A DNA stretch of 63,899 nt, counting the filler, from Lenisia limosa (Eukaryota > Protista > Breviatea), in the NCBI GenBank assembly GCA_001655205.1. It is 8 parts of 8 records of this genome, joined end to end, with 100 filler letters (N's around TTAATTAATTAA, not from the genome) between each part and the next. Parts side by side here need not be neighbours in the genome. Positions count along the whole stretch, not along the records: positions 45,981 to 51,631 come from LPNZ01011242.1; positions 51,732 to 54,180 come from LPNZ01010606.1; positions 54,281 to 62,060 come from LPNZ01008626.1; 5 more parts are not named here. One strand, written 5' to 3'. Made by a program: the position numbers and the translations under genes. This document shows, piece after piece, positions 49,460 through 62,004 of this stretch (position 1 is the first letter of the stretch; each line of letters begins with the position of its first letter). The notes beneath the pieces are model-generated. The model was not told where the DNA came from. It worked only from the letters and a program-made list of their open reading frames with translations, and did no database searches.

Positions 49460-49700
49460 AAGATACAGCCGTGATCCCTCTTTCTCGAATGAAGATCTGA
49501 CCCTTCTTTTGCTTGGATCGTCGATATCGCAGGTTAGGAACCCTCACTCGGATATTATCTTGGCATTGTTCTTGGTGTTTCTTTTGGAGTTGAGAAGTAC
49601 TTCTCAGTCGAAGGGTGTGGTGCAGACCACATCAACAGTTCTATCAGTCTGTAATAAGATTGCACTCGCAAAAACGAAACTGAGTGTTGAGGAATATTGA
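49460..49700 (+). CDS. Terminal exons of an unidentified gene
   Basis: VIPLFSNEDLTLLLLGSSISQ|gttag...cag|SKGVVQTTSTVLSVCNKIALAKTKLSVEEY*. Confidence 0.35.
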
Positions 49701-50329
49701 AACTAATCATATACATATTGTAAATATTGAGGCTTCAATGAAACACTTTCGAGTTTTATTCCTTTCATGATCTCCCATTTTTACCCTCCCCTCTCTCTCC
49801 TATCTTGTAGATATCATGTATTTCTTTGTGTTAAATGTTTGATTATGTTCACATACTGTGATTTTGTATATAATCTAACTAAGTTTCTTTTTAAAAACAT
49901 TTTTTTTTTCATCTATGAAACCTGCCACAGTGTCTTTCTACCCTTACTTCATCATTCAGTTTTTCAAGTTTTATCTGTATTCTCTCCCTGTCATACATTA
50001 TTTTATTCCTTCCTTTTTAGTTACTTTTTGAGGTGTTGTTGTGTTTACTGACCCCCCCCCCCCTTNNNNNNNNNNNNNNNNNNNNNNNNNNNNNNNNNNN
50101 NNNNNNNNNNNNNNNNNNNNNNNNNNNNNNNNNNNNNNNNNNNNNNNNNCTTATATTTATTAACCTCTACCATTTTTTTGTTATTTTTTTATATTTCATT
50201 TTTTTTCAAGAATAATCCCATATACATTCAATAAAATAGTGATCCTTTTTCAGCTTTGCACCCCGTATTAACAAACCAGGAAACAAAGCGTCTATTGTAC
50301 CTGTGCCCCCCCCCCACCCCCGGTGGATA

Positions 50330-50475
50330 GGTATGAGGGGGCGGGGGAGACACGCAGAGAGTTTTATATACAAAGGTTTTAGGTAAATGATTGGGTAAAT
50401 TAGTATTAGTATACTATCATTCAATATACCCTATAAGCGTGATGACGTGGACAGATTCGGCCAGATACCACTTGT
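50330..50475 (-). repeat. Repeat family B copy
   Basis: Reverse strand: gtatctggccgaatctgtccacgtcatcacgcttatag...tttacccaatcatttacct. Confidence 0.8.
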
Positions 50476-50848
50476 TGTATTTCTCATCTTTACATATGAG
50501 GGGGGGGTATCTCTGTTTTTAAGAAAAAGAAACTATATTAGGAATTCTATAAACATAATTTCAAAAGCCTTCACTTTCANNNNNNNNNNNNNNNNNNNNN
50601 NNNNNNNNNNNNNNNNNNNNNNNNNNNNNNNNNNNNNNNNNNNNNNNNNNNNNNNNNNNNNNNNNNNNNNNNNNNNNNNNNNNNNNNNNNNNNNNNNNNN
50701 NNNNNNNNNNNNNNNNNNNNNNNNNNNNNNNNNNNNNNNNNNNNNNNNNNNNNNNNNTGGCCATTGGCTTCATTACATTTTTGAATACCCCAAGTCCAGC
50801 TTTTTATTCCAAATCTTGTTCATAAAATGACTGCTTGTGTGCAAAGGA

Positions 50849-50932
50849 GGGCTTCCCTATGGTTCCAAAAAAGACCGAAATTCTGGAAAATAGCGAGATT
50901 GAAACGGTCTTTTCTGGACCGAAGGGAAGCCT
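50849..50932. mobile_element. MITE family A copy (GGCTTCCC variant)
   Basis: ggcttccctatggttccaaaaaagacc...ggtcttttctggaccgaagggaagcc. Confidence 0.85.
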
Positions 50933-51631
50933 TAGTGCCGGTACAATCATATTTCCCCCCGGGAAAATTGGCCAAGTCTTCTTACCGTCAGTGCAAATAA
51001 TTCACCCTCTCTTAGTTTTTCTCTTTGTTTTTTCTCTTTTTTTTTTTTGCTTTGTGCTTCATTTCGAATATTAAGGGCTTCTTCCCAACTAATCGTCGGA
51101 AAATGTTATTCAATAAAGTGAAACAGACGCAAAATATTTATACCACTACGTGGTCGTTTCTTTAACCCATCAGTCTTTTTATTTTTGAACAAGAACTGAT
51201 ATCATTCATACGTATACATTAAAAATCTTGGAAAAAACACGCATCCAGCTTCATTCAGCAATACATAGTTGCATTTCTCATCTCTTCTACCCCCCTCCCT
51301 TTTTTTTTTCAAATGCTCAGCCAATTGAGTTGATTTTGGGTTTTTGAAAACCTCCCCCAATTACCCCTTTCACACTTCAGGAACCGGAAACTCTCCCTGC
51401 TGTATTTCCACGTTCTGCTTGATCAAGTTGGAGGGGGAGGGTATATTGGATTGGGAGGAGGGGAGGAGGAGACCTATTGGATTGGGAGGTGTTTAAACAA
51501 AGCGCATTTTTTTTGATCCAGATACATAATTATATGAGAAAAACAAAAGAAGAATAGGGTGGCTTTTTTGGGGTTCTGAAAACAAAAACAAACAAATCTT
51601 TCAATTATCAAGGATAGTGAAGGGCAATAGG

Positions 51632-51731
51632 NNNNNNNNNNNNNNNNNNNNNNNNNNNNNNNNNNNNNNNNNNNNTTAATTAATTAANNNNNNNNNNNNN
51701 NNNNNNNNNNNNNNNNNNNNNNNNNNNNNNN
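51632..51731. other. Artificial scaffold linker
   Basis: N44-TTAATTAATTAA (51676-51687)-N44. Confidence 0.98.
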
Positions 51732-51827
51732 AAATTCTTTTTTTTTTGTTTTTTGCACCCCCAGAATAACTATATAGCTTGCTAATCCTTCAGTGATTAG
51801 CGATTATAATATCGTTACTTGCTAAAG

Positions 51828-54119
51828 CTAATCTGGTGACCCTATACCAAACCCACCAATTGTGCCCGGAATTTTATAACGAGTCGTGTTTTTTGACTGG
51901 GCGGATTCCAAATCAAATGCCTTTTGGAGTGAAGAAAACGGACAGAATATGGGTATATTAAATGGGTATGTTGCAAAATGAGAAGAAGAGCAGGTGAAAA
52001 TAGTTAATTTATGTAAGCTCATAGTATGCAACTGGTCCAGATGAGTTTATACATACATCCAACGTTTCTTGATTTCATAATATATACAACGCAAATAATG
52101 ACTGTCTAAGAAGGGAAACAATGGGAAACAATGGATATTTTGAACTGTATGGGGCTTTTTGGGTTAAATATAACCTCAACAACTACGCATCATACCACAC
52201 CCAGATCCATGATCAAACCTTGACCTTGCACTTTTCATCATCAAACGTTAAACCAAGATTCATTGGCTGAAGATTGTTAGGCCAGCATCAACCTATTTTT
52301 TTGTTTTTGAAAAACACTAATATTTAAACAGGGTCCCTCAGCACTACCTTGATATCTCCGTGGAACAGTTTCGCATTGTGGNNNNNNNNNNNNNNNNNNN
52401 NNNNNNNNNNNNNNNNNNNNNNNNNNNNNNNNNNNNNNNNNNNNNNNNNNNNNNNNNNNNNNNNNNNNNNNNNNNNNNNNNNNNNNNNNNNNNNNNNNNN
52501 NNNNNNNNNNNNNNNNNNNNNNNNNNNNNNNNNNNNNNNNNNNNNNNNNNNNNNNTGATGACTTTATCCAAGACTTTCTCAAGCAAGCCTACCATAATAG
52601 GGATAGGTGTGGATCCAAGAACCAAGGCATATTGTTCAATAGCGATTGCGTTGATATTTTCTCCGTTGATTCTATAAAAAGTGACACAATAGGGACAAAG
52701 GAGAAGAAAATTGAAATATCTATGGTACACACATATCATATACTATGCAGTAAATATTATATTTTCATGAGATATATCGAACATATGATATAATATGTAG
52801 CTATGTATAGTATACTGGAAAAGAGGCTGAACAATTTAAACTAAAGCTTCACTTTCGGTTCAGGGAACGATTTTCAGACAGAGACCGGAACCAGATGTTT
52901 GACAATCGTTTGTTAGTTTGTTTTTGGTAATAAAATCGTACTCTATTCTGTTCGTATTTCCTGAGAGATTATTATTCACTACGCTAATACTTATACACCC
53001 CATGGGGACAATTTTAAAAGAAAATGCCAACTATCCGAGTGACATTATTTAGGAAAAAGAAGACAAAAGAAGAAAAAAAAGACCCATCTCGGGATCAAAC
53101 CCAAATTCCGGTTCTTAAAAAAACCGGAATCGTATTGTCAGAATTTGGGAACTGGAACCGTGAAGAACCGGAAATGAAGCTTTAATTTAAACAGAGACAA
53201 ATCACTGCAAAACCACAAACTGTATATTGCCATAGAAATCGGGGATAGTACTGACAGCCGCATACTTGACATAGGCCAACTGTTCAGATCCAGGCTGCAT
53301 TTTCTGGAAGGTGAAGATTACAAAACAGGGCATTGGGATAACATACGAAGATTTGGTTCAACAAAGAGGCAATAGTCCAAACCTTGACAATCACCCTGAT
53401 CGGCTATGTCTCGTCAGAAAGATGCGCAGGACCAACATATTTGAAAGCGTTTTTTACCAATTCAGCTTCAGCTAAGGAGGTGAAATACAGAGCTCACTGG
53501 GTCAAAAAAATCGGCACATTATCAATATTTTAATGGGGACCATATTACGCTATCAGAAGTAAGCAAAAATACGGCTGAAATGATATGGGGGGGGGGGGGG
53601 GNNNNNNNNNNNNNNNNNNNNNNNNNNNNNNNNNNNNNNNNNNNNNNNNNNNNNNNNNNNNNNNNNNNNNNNNNNNNNNNNNNNNNNNNNNNNNNNNNNN
53701 NNNNNNNNNNNNNNNNNNNNNNNNNNNNNNNNNNNNNNNNNNNNNNNNNNNNNNNNNNNNNNNNNNNNNNNNNNNNNNNNNNNNNNNCACACTGGAGGTA
53801 AAAATAGCAATTATAAAGAAAATGAAAAAAGTATTGAGTATGAATTATGCTATAATGAGTCACTATTCCCCTTCCTGGCAACTTTCCATGGCGCTAAAAT
53901 GCCCTTACTACAATAGCTCACCTTATCAGGAAGAGCGATGCCTCCATAATAAAGATGTGCATATTTGTTGTAAACGTCTTTAGCACTAGCTGTCTTCTCC
54001 ACCTCCTGAAGCTTAAACTTTTCATTGGAGTTCTTCTTCTCAAAGGAAACCGTTGTGTCAAACGCCGTTTTGCCGTCGAATACATTGATGTAGTTTACAT
54101 TGATCTTGTTTCCCTGCAA
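51828..54119 (-). CDS. Protein kinase (fragment, multi-exon)
   Basis: Splicing across aag|gtag...cag|cca gives HNAKLFHGDIKPMNLGLTFDDEKCKVK (catalytic loop), followed by the exon AFDLESAQSKNTTRYKIPGT (subdomains VII-VIII position); upstream exon GNKINVNYINVFDGKTAF...GGIALPDK. Confidence 0.7.
52844..53182. mobile_element. Long family-A-related MITE (339 bp), TA-flanked, intronic
   Basis: ta-aagcttcactttcggttc ... gaaccggaaatgaagctt-ta. Confidence 0.8.
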
Positions 54120-54180
54120 ACGTCAGTCAGTAAAGCCGCAACGAATGTTAACAAAGAGTTCCCATTTTTGGAGTCCGTTA

Positions 54181-54280
54181 NNNNNNNNNNNNNNNNNNNN
54201 NNNNNNNNNNNNNNNNNNNNNNNNTTAATTAATTAANNNNNNNNNNNNNNNNNNNNNNNNNNNNNNNNNNNNNNNNNNNN
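54181..54280. other. Artificial scaffold linker
   Basis: N44-TTAATTAATTAA (54225-54236)-N44. Confidence 0.98.
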
Positions 54281-54339
54281 AAGAGACAAAATGTTTGAAG
54301 AAATATAAAATAAGGGGGATACAGGCTGATTGTCAAACC

Positions 54340-56256
54340 TGGTAGGACTGAGGCTGGGGGTAGTTCTGCGCATAAGGCTGAGGCTGCTGAGGCTGGGAAT
54401 AGGGCTGAGCGGCGTAGCCTTGAGGGGGAGGGACTTGTTGCTATGGCAGGTCAGAGGGAATCGTTGGGCTACCATTTTCATCCTTCTTATTCCCATTTCC
54501 ATCATCCTTCTTATCCCCATTTCCATCAACCTTACTTCTTATCCCCATTTCAAGACTGCCTTGCTAATCCCCATTTCAGCCCCGGCCAACCTGGGGGTAG
54601 CCACCCTGTTGCTGTCCGGGAGGGGGAGGGGCGAAGGTGTGGTTGTTGGGTGCTTGGTGCAGCGTGCGAGAGTCCTAGGGGGGGGGGGNNNNNNNNNNNN
54701 NNNNNNNNNNNNNNNNNNNNNNNNNNNNNNNNNNNNNNNNNNNNNNNNNNNNNNNNNNNNNNNNNNNNNNNNNNNNNNNNNNNNNNNNNNAAGTAAAAAA
54801 TAAGGTTGTACTCTGGCCGAAGATGAGAAACAATAATAATAATTACTCGATAAATCCTTGAATATATCGAACATTGTGAATTCCCAGTGGTAACAAAACG
54901 ATGAAGTAACGCAAAGAATAATATTACACATAAAAAATATTGAGGAAAACACAATCTTTCAACAAAAGATGCCATCTCACCAAGGATCCGAGAAGCCCGC
55001 TTGAGAAACCGCTTCCAGGGATGTGTGAGCCTTCCGCAATACGGGCGTCAACTTCCTAATATGGTAACTATTGTCCATCCAACAGACACACGTATCAACA
55101 TCGGAAATATTTTTATTGCGAGATATGAAATGGAAAGACTCTGTCAATACAAAGCTGTTCACAGCATCAGATAGTGGTATATATGATATATTATGTGTCT
55201 CTGGTAAGAGTTATTGATTATAGTATCATGAACTCACCCAATCATTTGCCTTCAAACTCCCAACACAGTTTTCTCCGTGTCATAGCAGCATAGCTATTCT
55301 GCATTTTCCCACTGAGTAAAACGCACCCTCAAATCACTATAGAACTAACACGCTATATATCTATTGGACAACTACATCAATATTGCCAATCTTGGACGAA
55401 GTTCAGCATTGATAATCCTCGTGTCACCCACCATGGCCACTTGGCAAGTTGCACAGGGATTGCAACAGACGTTGACGAGAACCTCGTTCAACTCGTCAAC
55501 GGGCGCAATGCCTAGTGGGTGGCGTAAAAACATGTCTAATATTGATATTATTTGAATGTTAAACAACAAAAAATGCACACATCCAAACAGAAAAAGAGAG
55601 AATATAACGATTAGCCGCCCCAGTTTAACCGAAAAGGCATTGACGAGCTTTTTCCACGACAAAAAGTTAATGCATCGTTAGTATCTACATAACTTTACCA
55701 CATATCGTCTAGGATGCAGAAAACGCCTTTTTTAAAACAAACTACCATCCAAGGAGATCAAGCCAACAAAAGCTGAGTTTCCTCAGAAAAACGTGGGGAC
55801 ATCCGGCAAACCAAATTGCAGCCTCGAGTCCTTTCTGTAGACCATTGACAAAATACAGCAAAGCCCAAAGTAGGAGGCGCAAGTTCTAAAAGAGTGAGCC
55901 CTCACACCCAACCATTTTCGTTCAGCCATTTTCTGGAAAGCCAGACTCACTGTACAAGGGAAACGGCGACGCAATTTGTGCCGTCAAGCTTCTCCTTTGT
56001 CATACCGAGAAGACAGGGTGTGCAGAAGGTTCCAAGAATGCAAGTCTAACAAAATAAAAAGAACATTCAATTCAGTTCCACTCGCCCTACAGATACATGT
56101 TTCCTCAATGTATAAATTACAACCATTAAGTCCTCTAAAGCCGACCTGAGGGTCTTCAAAGCAGTCAAAGATGTCATAGCGGAAATCTAAGGGGTTTGGT
56201 GGAATCGTGAATGAAGAAACAGCAGTGGTTTGTCCAACTACTTGTGGATAGGACAT
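54340..56256 (-). CDS. PLAC8-family Cys-rich protein with Pro/Gln-rich C-terminal extension (3'-truncated)
   Basis: MSYPQ...FRYDIFDCFEDPQ|ICILGTFCTPCLLGMTKEKLDGTNC, TCASYFGLCCILSMVYRKDSRLQF|GIAPVDELNEVLVNVCCNPCATCQVAM match PLAC8 motifs (l.dCf.D, CxPC, CCxxCaxCQ); later exons PPPGQQQGGYPQ and QQVPPPQGYAAQPYSQPQQPQPY. Confidence 0.88.
54474..54580. repeat. Intronic minisatellite, about five degenerate 21-25-nt units
   Basis: Repeats of catccttcttat(t/c)cccatttc. Confidence 0.8.
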
Positions 56257-56538
56257 AGTGAAAGTAAAAGAAGAGCTGTCTTTAAAATTTAAATAAATGA
56301 ATCCGTATTTATTTGAACTGTTTGTTTTACTGTAAACTAACGAGGGGAATTAATTATTTGACAAATTTTCAAATTTGTGTAAAACTCTTTTCAACCAGTT
56401 TAATGTCCCTGGGGGGTTTATATCTTTAAAAGAATCTCCTTCGCGCCTAGTCTAAGTTTGTTGGTCACTCGTGCCGAGATAGCCTCTGGTTGGTCCAGAA
56501 GGTCTTTAAAAACACTTTAACCCTCTGTTAACCCTTTT

Positions 56539-56612
56539 CAACATGCTTTATAATGTATGCCGTTTATGAGGGTCGTCAACATGCTTTATAATGTATGCTG
56601 TTATGAGGGTCG
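56539..56612. repeat. 38-bp tandem duplication (intergenic)
   Basis: caacatgctttataatgtatgc(c/t)gtt(t)atgagggtcg, two copies. Confidence 0.9.
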
Positions 56613-56715
56613 GGGCATGGGATATGATAACGACTCAAAAAGACCAATCAGATATAAATCTAAGTATTATGTCAATAACACCACTTCCAACAGGCCACTT
56701 GTTTCTAAAAATACA

Positions 56716-58908
56716 TTACTCTTGCTCAGGAACCATTTTGCTGTCGTCTTCCCTGCATAAGTTAGAATGATAAAATCTTTGGTTCAAATACATGTATATT
56801 TGTAGTAAAGTCTATCAACAAAGGAAGCGGTGAAATATCCAATAAAAAACCGAATTCGGTACTGATGCTGGGATGAATATTACTTGGATGATGATTTCTG
56901 TATTGAATCCGGTCATAACCGCGAATTCAACTAGTAAATCCGTCCCTCCGCACCTCTTGCACTGCCTTTTCAAGGCTTGCACTTCACTCTCCAGCGCTGC
57001 GTTGGCCTTGGCCACTGAGTAGTTCCTTCGGATGGTCTCCACGAACTCGTCGTTCAACGTGGATAGCACCTGTCCAGCGGCAAGCTGCGAGGGGGGGGGG
57101 TGATATAAATTGGAAGCTTAGAAAACAAAAAGGACAATTTCTATGAAGATATTGGCAAAAAGGTTTATCACGAACTGAATAATCGGGGGGAGGGGGGTTA
57201 AAATGGAAATGTATGAGAACTCCAAAGCCAACTCTGCTCACAAAACAAAAAAAAACGCATCATCACTCGGGGTAAAAATTGAAAAAAGTTTCGGCTNNNN
57301 NNNNNNNNNNNNNNNNNNNNNNNNNNNNNNNNNNNNNNNNNNNNNNNNNNNNNNNNNNNNNNNNNNNNNNNNNNNNNNNNNNNNNNNNNNNNNNNNNNNN
57401 NNNNNNNNNNNNNCTTTTGGTAATAAAAGCGTCAATACACAATCCTATCATATCAATATCTTACAAAAACAATATGACGAGAAAAATCGTAACCAAAGAG
57501 TTGGAAAGAATCAACTAAATCTTGGTATGTTGTAGAAAAGCATGCAAAATAGTATCTGAGGGTAAGTGTCCAAAACAACCGCCACAAACCTGGTCGGATT
57601 TACGTTTTCTGTTAATATTTTCGACTTCTCCATCGAGGTTGATCTGGGCATCCTCAGCGCTGTGGGAGTGAAATACTACTTTAGAGGAGGAAACACAAAA
57701 TCGATATGCAGGACCTCAAAATAGCTCAAAAATATTGTGGGTAGTGTGAGCAAAAAAACTCAAACGCATGAGGGGTTTGTAACAGTAAAAGAAATAAACA
57801 TAAGCCAGCCTGGGAGAAGATAGATGGAACCAATGATGAATGGTTCACTAGCTTTAAAAAAAAAATCAATTTGAAATGCCCAATTTTCTGGGGCAAGAAT
57901 ATAATCATTTAGTGCTTATCATCAAAACAATTACCCAGCAAACGCGATAGTTGTCTTTTCCAATCGCTTATTGTACTCAAGCCAGGCCTGGGATGAGAAT
58001 CGTTGGCTCAACTCAATGTTCATTCCCCTGAAGAGTCAAATGCTGTAATAGATCTATTAGTCCATTTATCTTTCAGAAGTGCTCATATTTTATTGAACTC
58101 TAGTAACGAATAAGATAGAGACTATGCATATCAGCGAAGGTTTATAGATTGAAGCAACATGGTATCCAAGGTTTGAGGGCCCTATCATCATCTCACCCTC
58201 CCAGGAGTGGAATTGGAACTCTATTTCAAGAATAATGCAATATTCACAATACAAAGTACCTCTTGGAATCACCCTCAACCTACCAAGCTTCATGCGCCTG
58301 AAGCTGACTGTAGGCGTGGCCTATTGATTTCTGCCAGGCAGCAGGGTCTGTGGGGTCGCTGAAGGGTGAAAGAAATAAAACACAAGCAACAAATCTCACA
58401 AGAACACAGTATAAACAAATCAGTATCTTGATAGAAGAACAAAAATGATAGAAATATCAGGAGAAATCGCATTTTAGATGTTAGGTAGAACATTTCCAAA
58501 GATAATTAGAGCTGTCATGTCACTTACTTGGGAACGGAAGTGGAGGGAAATTTGATCTTGGGCATGGGTTCGTTGGCTTTGTGGCGCTCCATCTCGGCAA
58601 GAAGGAGTGGTGATGTCTAGGTATGTTAATGGTGCCACCTAGAAGAGCAAGGAGGGGCTCAGGCAAACCAAAAGGGACTTGGGAGCGGGGAACTTTTCTG
58701 AGATATCTGGAAGGGGCATTGGATTCATTCTCATTTCCTACTTGAGTGAGCAAAAATACCCTAAGAAGCTCCGTACACTACCTCTTCAATAAGGCTATCA
58801 ACCTTCTGCTTGAGCTTCCCCGAATATTCATTGTCTAAAATGTTAACAATGCATAGAAACCTTTGGAAACGAACCAATATACGGCAGAGAAGTCAAAACC
58901 GTGGTCAT
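56716..58908 (-). CDS. BCAS2: Pre-mRNA splicing factor SPF27/BCAS2 (Prp19/NTC complex)
   Basis: Hand-spliced: MTTVLTSLPYI|DNEYSGKLKQKVDSLIEE|EMRMNP...|TSPLLLAEMERHKANEPMPKI...|DPTDPAAWQKSIGHAYSQLQAHEAW|GMNIELSQRFSSQAWLEYNKRLE...|...EVENINRKRKSDQ|LAAGQVLSTLNDEFVETIRRNYSVAKANAALESEVQALKRQ; motif order matches BCAS2; last exon tentative. Confidence 0.9.
57085..57296 (-). repeat. Two tandem family C units in an SPF27 intron, each ending in a C-run
   Basis: ...gcagagttggctttggagtt...atttccattttaa-C-rich, then gattattcagttcgtgat...gccaatatcttcatagaaatt...ccaatttatatca-C-run-tcgcag|exon. Confidence 0.7.
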
Positions 58909-59131
58909 TGTGAAAAGTCTGTTTCTGAAAAAACCTAAACTCTATGGGGTAACTTAATCAATAGGCTACTAACAGAACAACATAAAAAGAGGGACCCTTT
59001 TCTCACAAAATTGTCCTGAATGACTAATGTATAAACCCCCGTGACTTTTACCATATTGTCCTTCCAAAAATATTTTCAGCCCCTTTCCAGTGTTTGATTA
59101 AGGATAAAGTGCATCTTTAAGCTCACCAAGC
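58909..59131. promoter_or_regulatory. Putative bidirectional promoter between SPF27 and CLF1
   Basis: Only 223 nt, free of Ns and recognisable repeats, separate the two divergent ATGs (58908 minus, 59132 plus). Confidence 0.65.
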
Positions 59132-61852
59132 ATGAATATTCCCGACCACAACGCCCGTGACTCCGGTCATAGAGGTACTCAGCACACTAAAACCAATATC
59201 GTGAGGTTTACAGCAAGTATTAGGTATTATTAACGATATTAGGTCCAAAACAGAGCACCCTCGAATGTTCAAATTACAGCAGAGCAGATTCTCAGAGAAT
59301 CTAGAGGTTACCAGGATGTTCAGTCTTCAACTCCTCGTTCCAAGGTTACAGATGGTGATGAACTCAAGGAATTCCGGTGAGGAGAGATGGTCGCAACTTT
59401 TGTCTTCCTTTGACACTCTCTTATGCCTTCCACAGTACCCAAAAGCGTACTGAATTCGAAGAACGTCTTCGCAGAGATCGTATGAAGATCAAAGAATGGT
59501 TGAGAGTAGGTCCCTCTTTCCTTTTGTATTAACTGTTGCAGTATGGCAAATTTGAAGCTGATCAAGGAGACTATGAAAGAGCCCGCTCTGTGTACAACCG
59601 TGCTCTTGACCTTCACCCCCGTGTTGNNNNNNNNNNNNNNNNNNNNNNNNNNNNNNNNNNNNNNNNNNNNNNNNNNNNNNNNNNNNNNNNNNNNNNNNNN
59701 NNNNNNNNNNNNNNNNNNNNNNNNNNNNNNNNNNNNNNNNAGAACTCAATTCATTACGCGATCAAGGGGAAATGCGGCATCCGTATCTTCTCCAACCCTC
59801 ACCATCCAGACCATCTGGCAAGCCTACGCTGAATTTGAAGAGAGTGCGCGAATGATTAACCATGCTCGTAACGTTTGGGATCGCGCCGTCACGCTTCTAC
59901 CCCGTGAAGACAGATTATGGTACGGACGACTGATATTATAACAATAGGTGTGCATAGCTACATTCTGAATTCCATTACTTTCCTTTGTGTATTTAATTTT
60001 CCAATTTTACCCCCCCCCCCCCCNNNNNNNNNNNNNNNNNNNNNNNNNNNNNNNNNNNNNNNNNNNNNNNNNNNNNNNNNNNNNNNNNNNNNNNNNNNNN
60101 NCAGCCCGCCAACTCTTTGAGAGATGGATGGCTTTCGGCCCGGCCAAAACGTCATGGCATTCGTAGGAGGGGTGGCTTATTATGTTGGGGAGTACATTAT
60201 TAATTATTATACCATTTAAGCGTGAGGGGGTGGGTACGTACGAGAAAGCCAATCTTGATATAATGGAAAATTGATCTGAAGTCCTTTCGGAAGAGTGGGG
60301 TGGGTGGTGGAGTGTTTTTTTTGAAAAAAAAAAGTAAGATATGCAAAACTATTTACAGCTGACATATTGAAATCTACATTTCGTCTCTGACATTCAGGTA
60401 CATTAACTTCGAAATCAAACTGAAAGAGTGGGACCTTGTCAGAGGCATTTACAAAAGATGTAAGCAATAAAGGGATAACATTGACGTTTTTTTTTCTTAT
60501 AAGTATGATAGTGTGGACAGCTTTAGCCTGGCTGCCATGTCATTTCAACTTATTATTATGTCAAATTCCGACAAACTCCACAATGACCTTCAGACATTGA
60601 ATGCCACCCTTGTGTTGAAAGCTACCTGAAGTTTGCTAAGTTCGAAGACGGACGAAACGAAGTTGCCAGAGTAGGCTGGGGGTGCAAGGTTTTTGTAAGA
60701 AAGCTGCGGGCTAGACGGTTATTTGAAGGGCTGTTTACGAATTAATTTATTGTGGGAGCTCAAGATTGTGAATAATGGAGAACGAAGGGTTATGGCGAAA
60801 AATCATTTTGGTGTTTCTAACAATACATAGGTTCTCTTTTTATGTGTAGTGAAAAAGGCTTTTCTTCCGTTATTAAGTGACGTATTGCTACTGATTGAAG
60901 CACTGTCCACATTGACCATTGCAGGCAAGGAAAGTGTACATGGACTGCAGTATTGAGCTTGGAGAGGCTGCCGAGACAGAGGACTACTTCACCACCTTCG
61001 CCCGTTTTGAGGAGAAGCACCATGAGGTAAGATCCGGCTTTTTGCACGTATTATTGCGGATGTCTTGCAATCAAATTACACAGTTCACACCTTTTCTGCT
61101 TATATAGCCTTATTCTTTAGTTCGACCGTGCACGTGGCATCTACACTTATGGCCTCGACCATATCCCTAAGCACCAGGTATGTGTAATGATATACATATT
61201 CCACCACCTCCCCCTCAATTCGGTAGAATCTTTTTAGTATTGTTTTTATGATTTTTTTATTTAAATAATTCTTTAACTATTTTCCTTAATCCACCCCCCC
61301 CCCCCCNNNNNNNNNNNNNNNNNNNNNNNNNNNNNNNNNNNNNNNNNNNNNNNNNNNNNNNNNNNNNNNNNNGGTGACGGGTCCGGCATCGACACTGTCA
61401 TTGCCCATAAGAAGCGGTTCCAGTACCAGGAGGTGAGTGAGAGATTCACTGGCGGAGTTTGGATTTGGATTTTCCTCATGTTTTCCTCCTTTCGCTAAAA
61501 CTGAATTCGTTTGGGGCAGCATACATACCTAATACATGTATATACTAACACAATTTGCATCTCTCCTTTACCAAATCAGGAAGTCCGGGCGGACCCTCAC
61601 AACTACGACGCCTGGTTTGAGTACCTCAGGCTGGAGATGTCCGAAGGCGATGTGCCCAGGATTAGAAGCGTGGGGGGGGGGTGGATGTGTGGATTGTTAT
61701 TTCTTTCATTTTGTGCACTTTTCTCTCACTGCCCGTTGACTTTCCCCCTTATACTTTGCTCAGGTTTTCGAGGACGCTGTCTCGAACATCCCCCTTATTG
61801 AGGAGAAGAACTACTGGAGGCGCTATATCTACATTTGGATCTTTTATGCCAT
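59132..61852 (+). CDS. CRNKL1: Crooked neck-like protein / CLF1 (HAT-repeat NTC splicing factor), 3'-truncated
   Basis: [115 protein letters not shown] are hallmark crn/Clf1 sequences. Confidence 0.97.
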
Positions 61853-62004
61853 GTGGGTCTTTAAGGATTGAGCGTTTTTTTTTACATTAAATAGAACCGA
61901 ATCGGCCAGATACTGCCATCTTGTTTTTTCTCTCATTTCCTCCTTTAACAAACATTTATGCAGGGGCTATTGTCCTTATTCATGAATCTAATTCTTGTAG
62001 GTAT

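Noticed and set aside
56815-57069. RasGAP/IQGAP coiled coil
   Set aside because: Upstream exons (LPYI, AWQKSI, SQAWLEYNKRL) identify the gene as SPF27/BCAS2.
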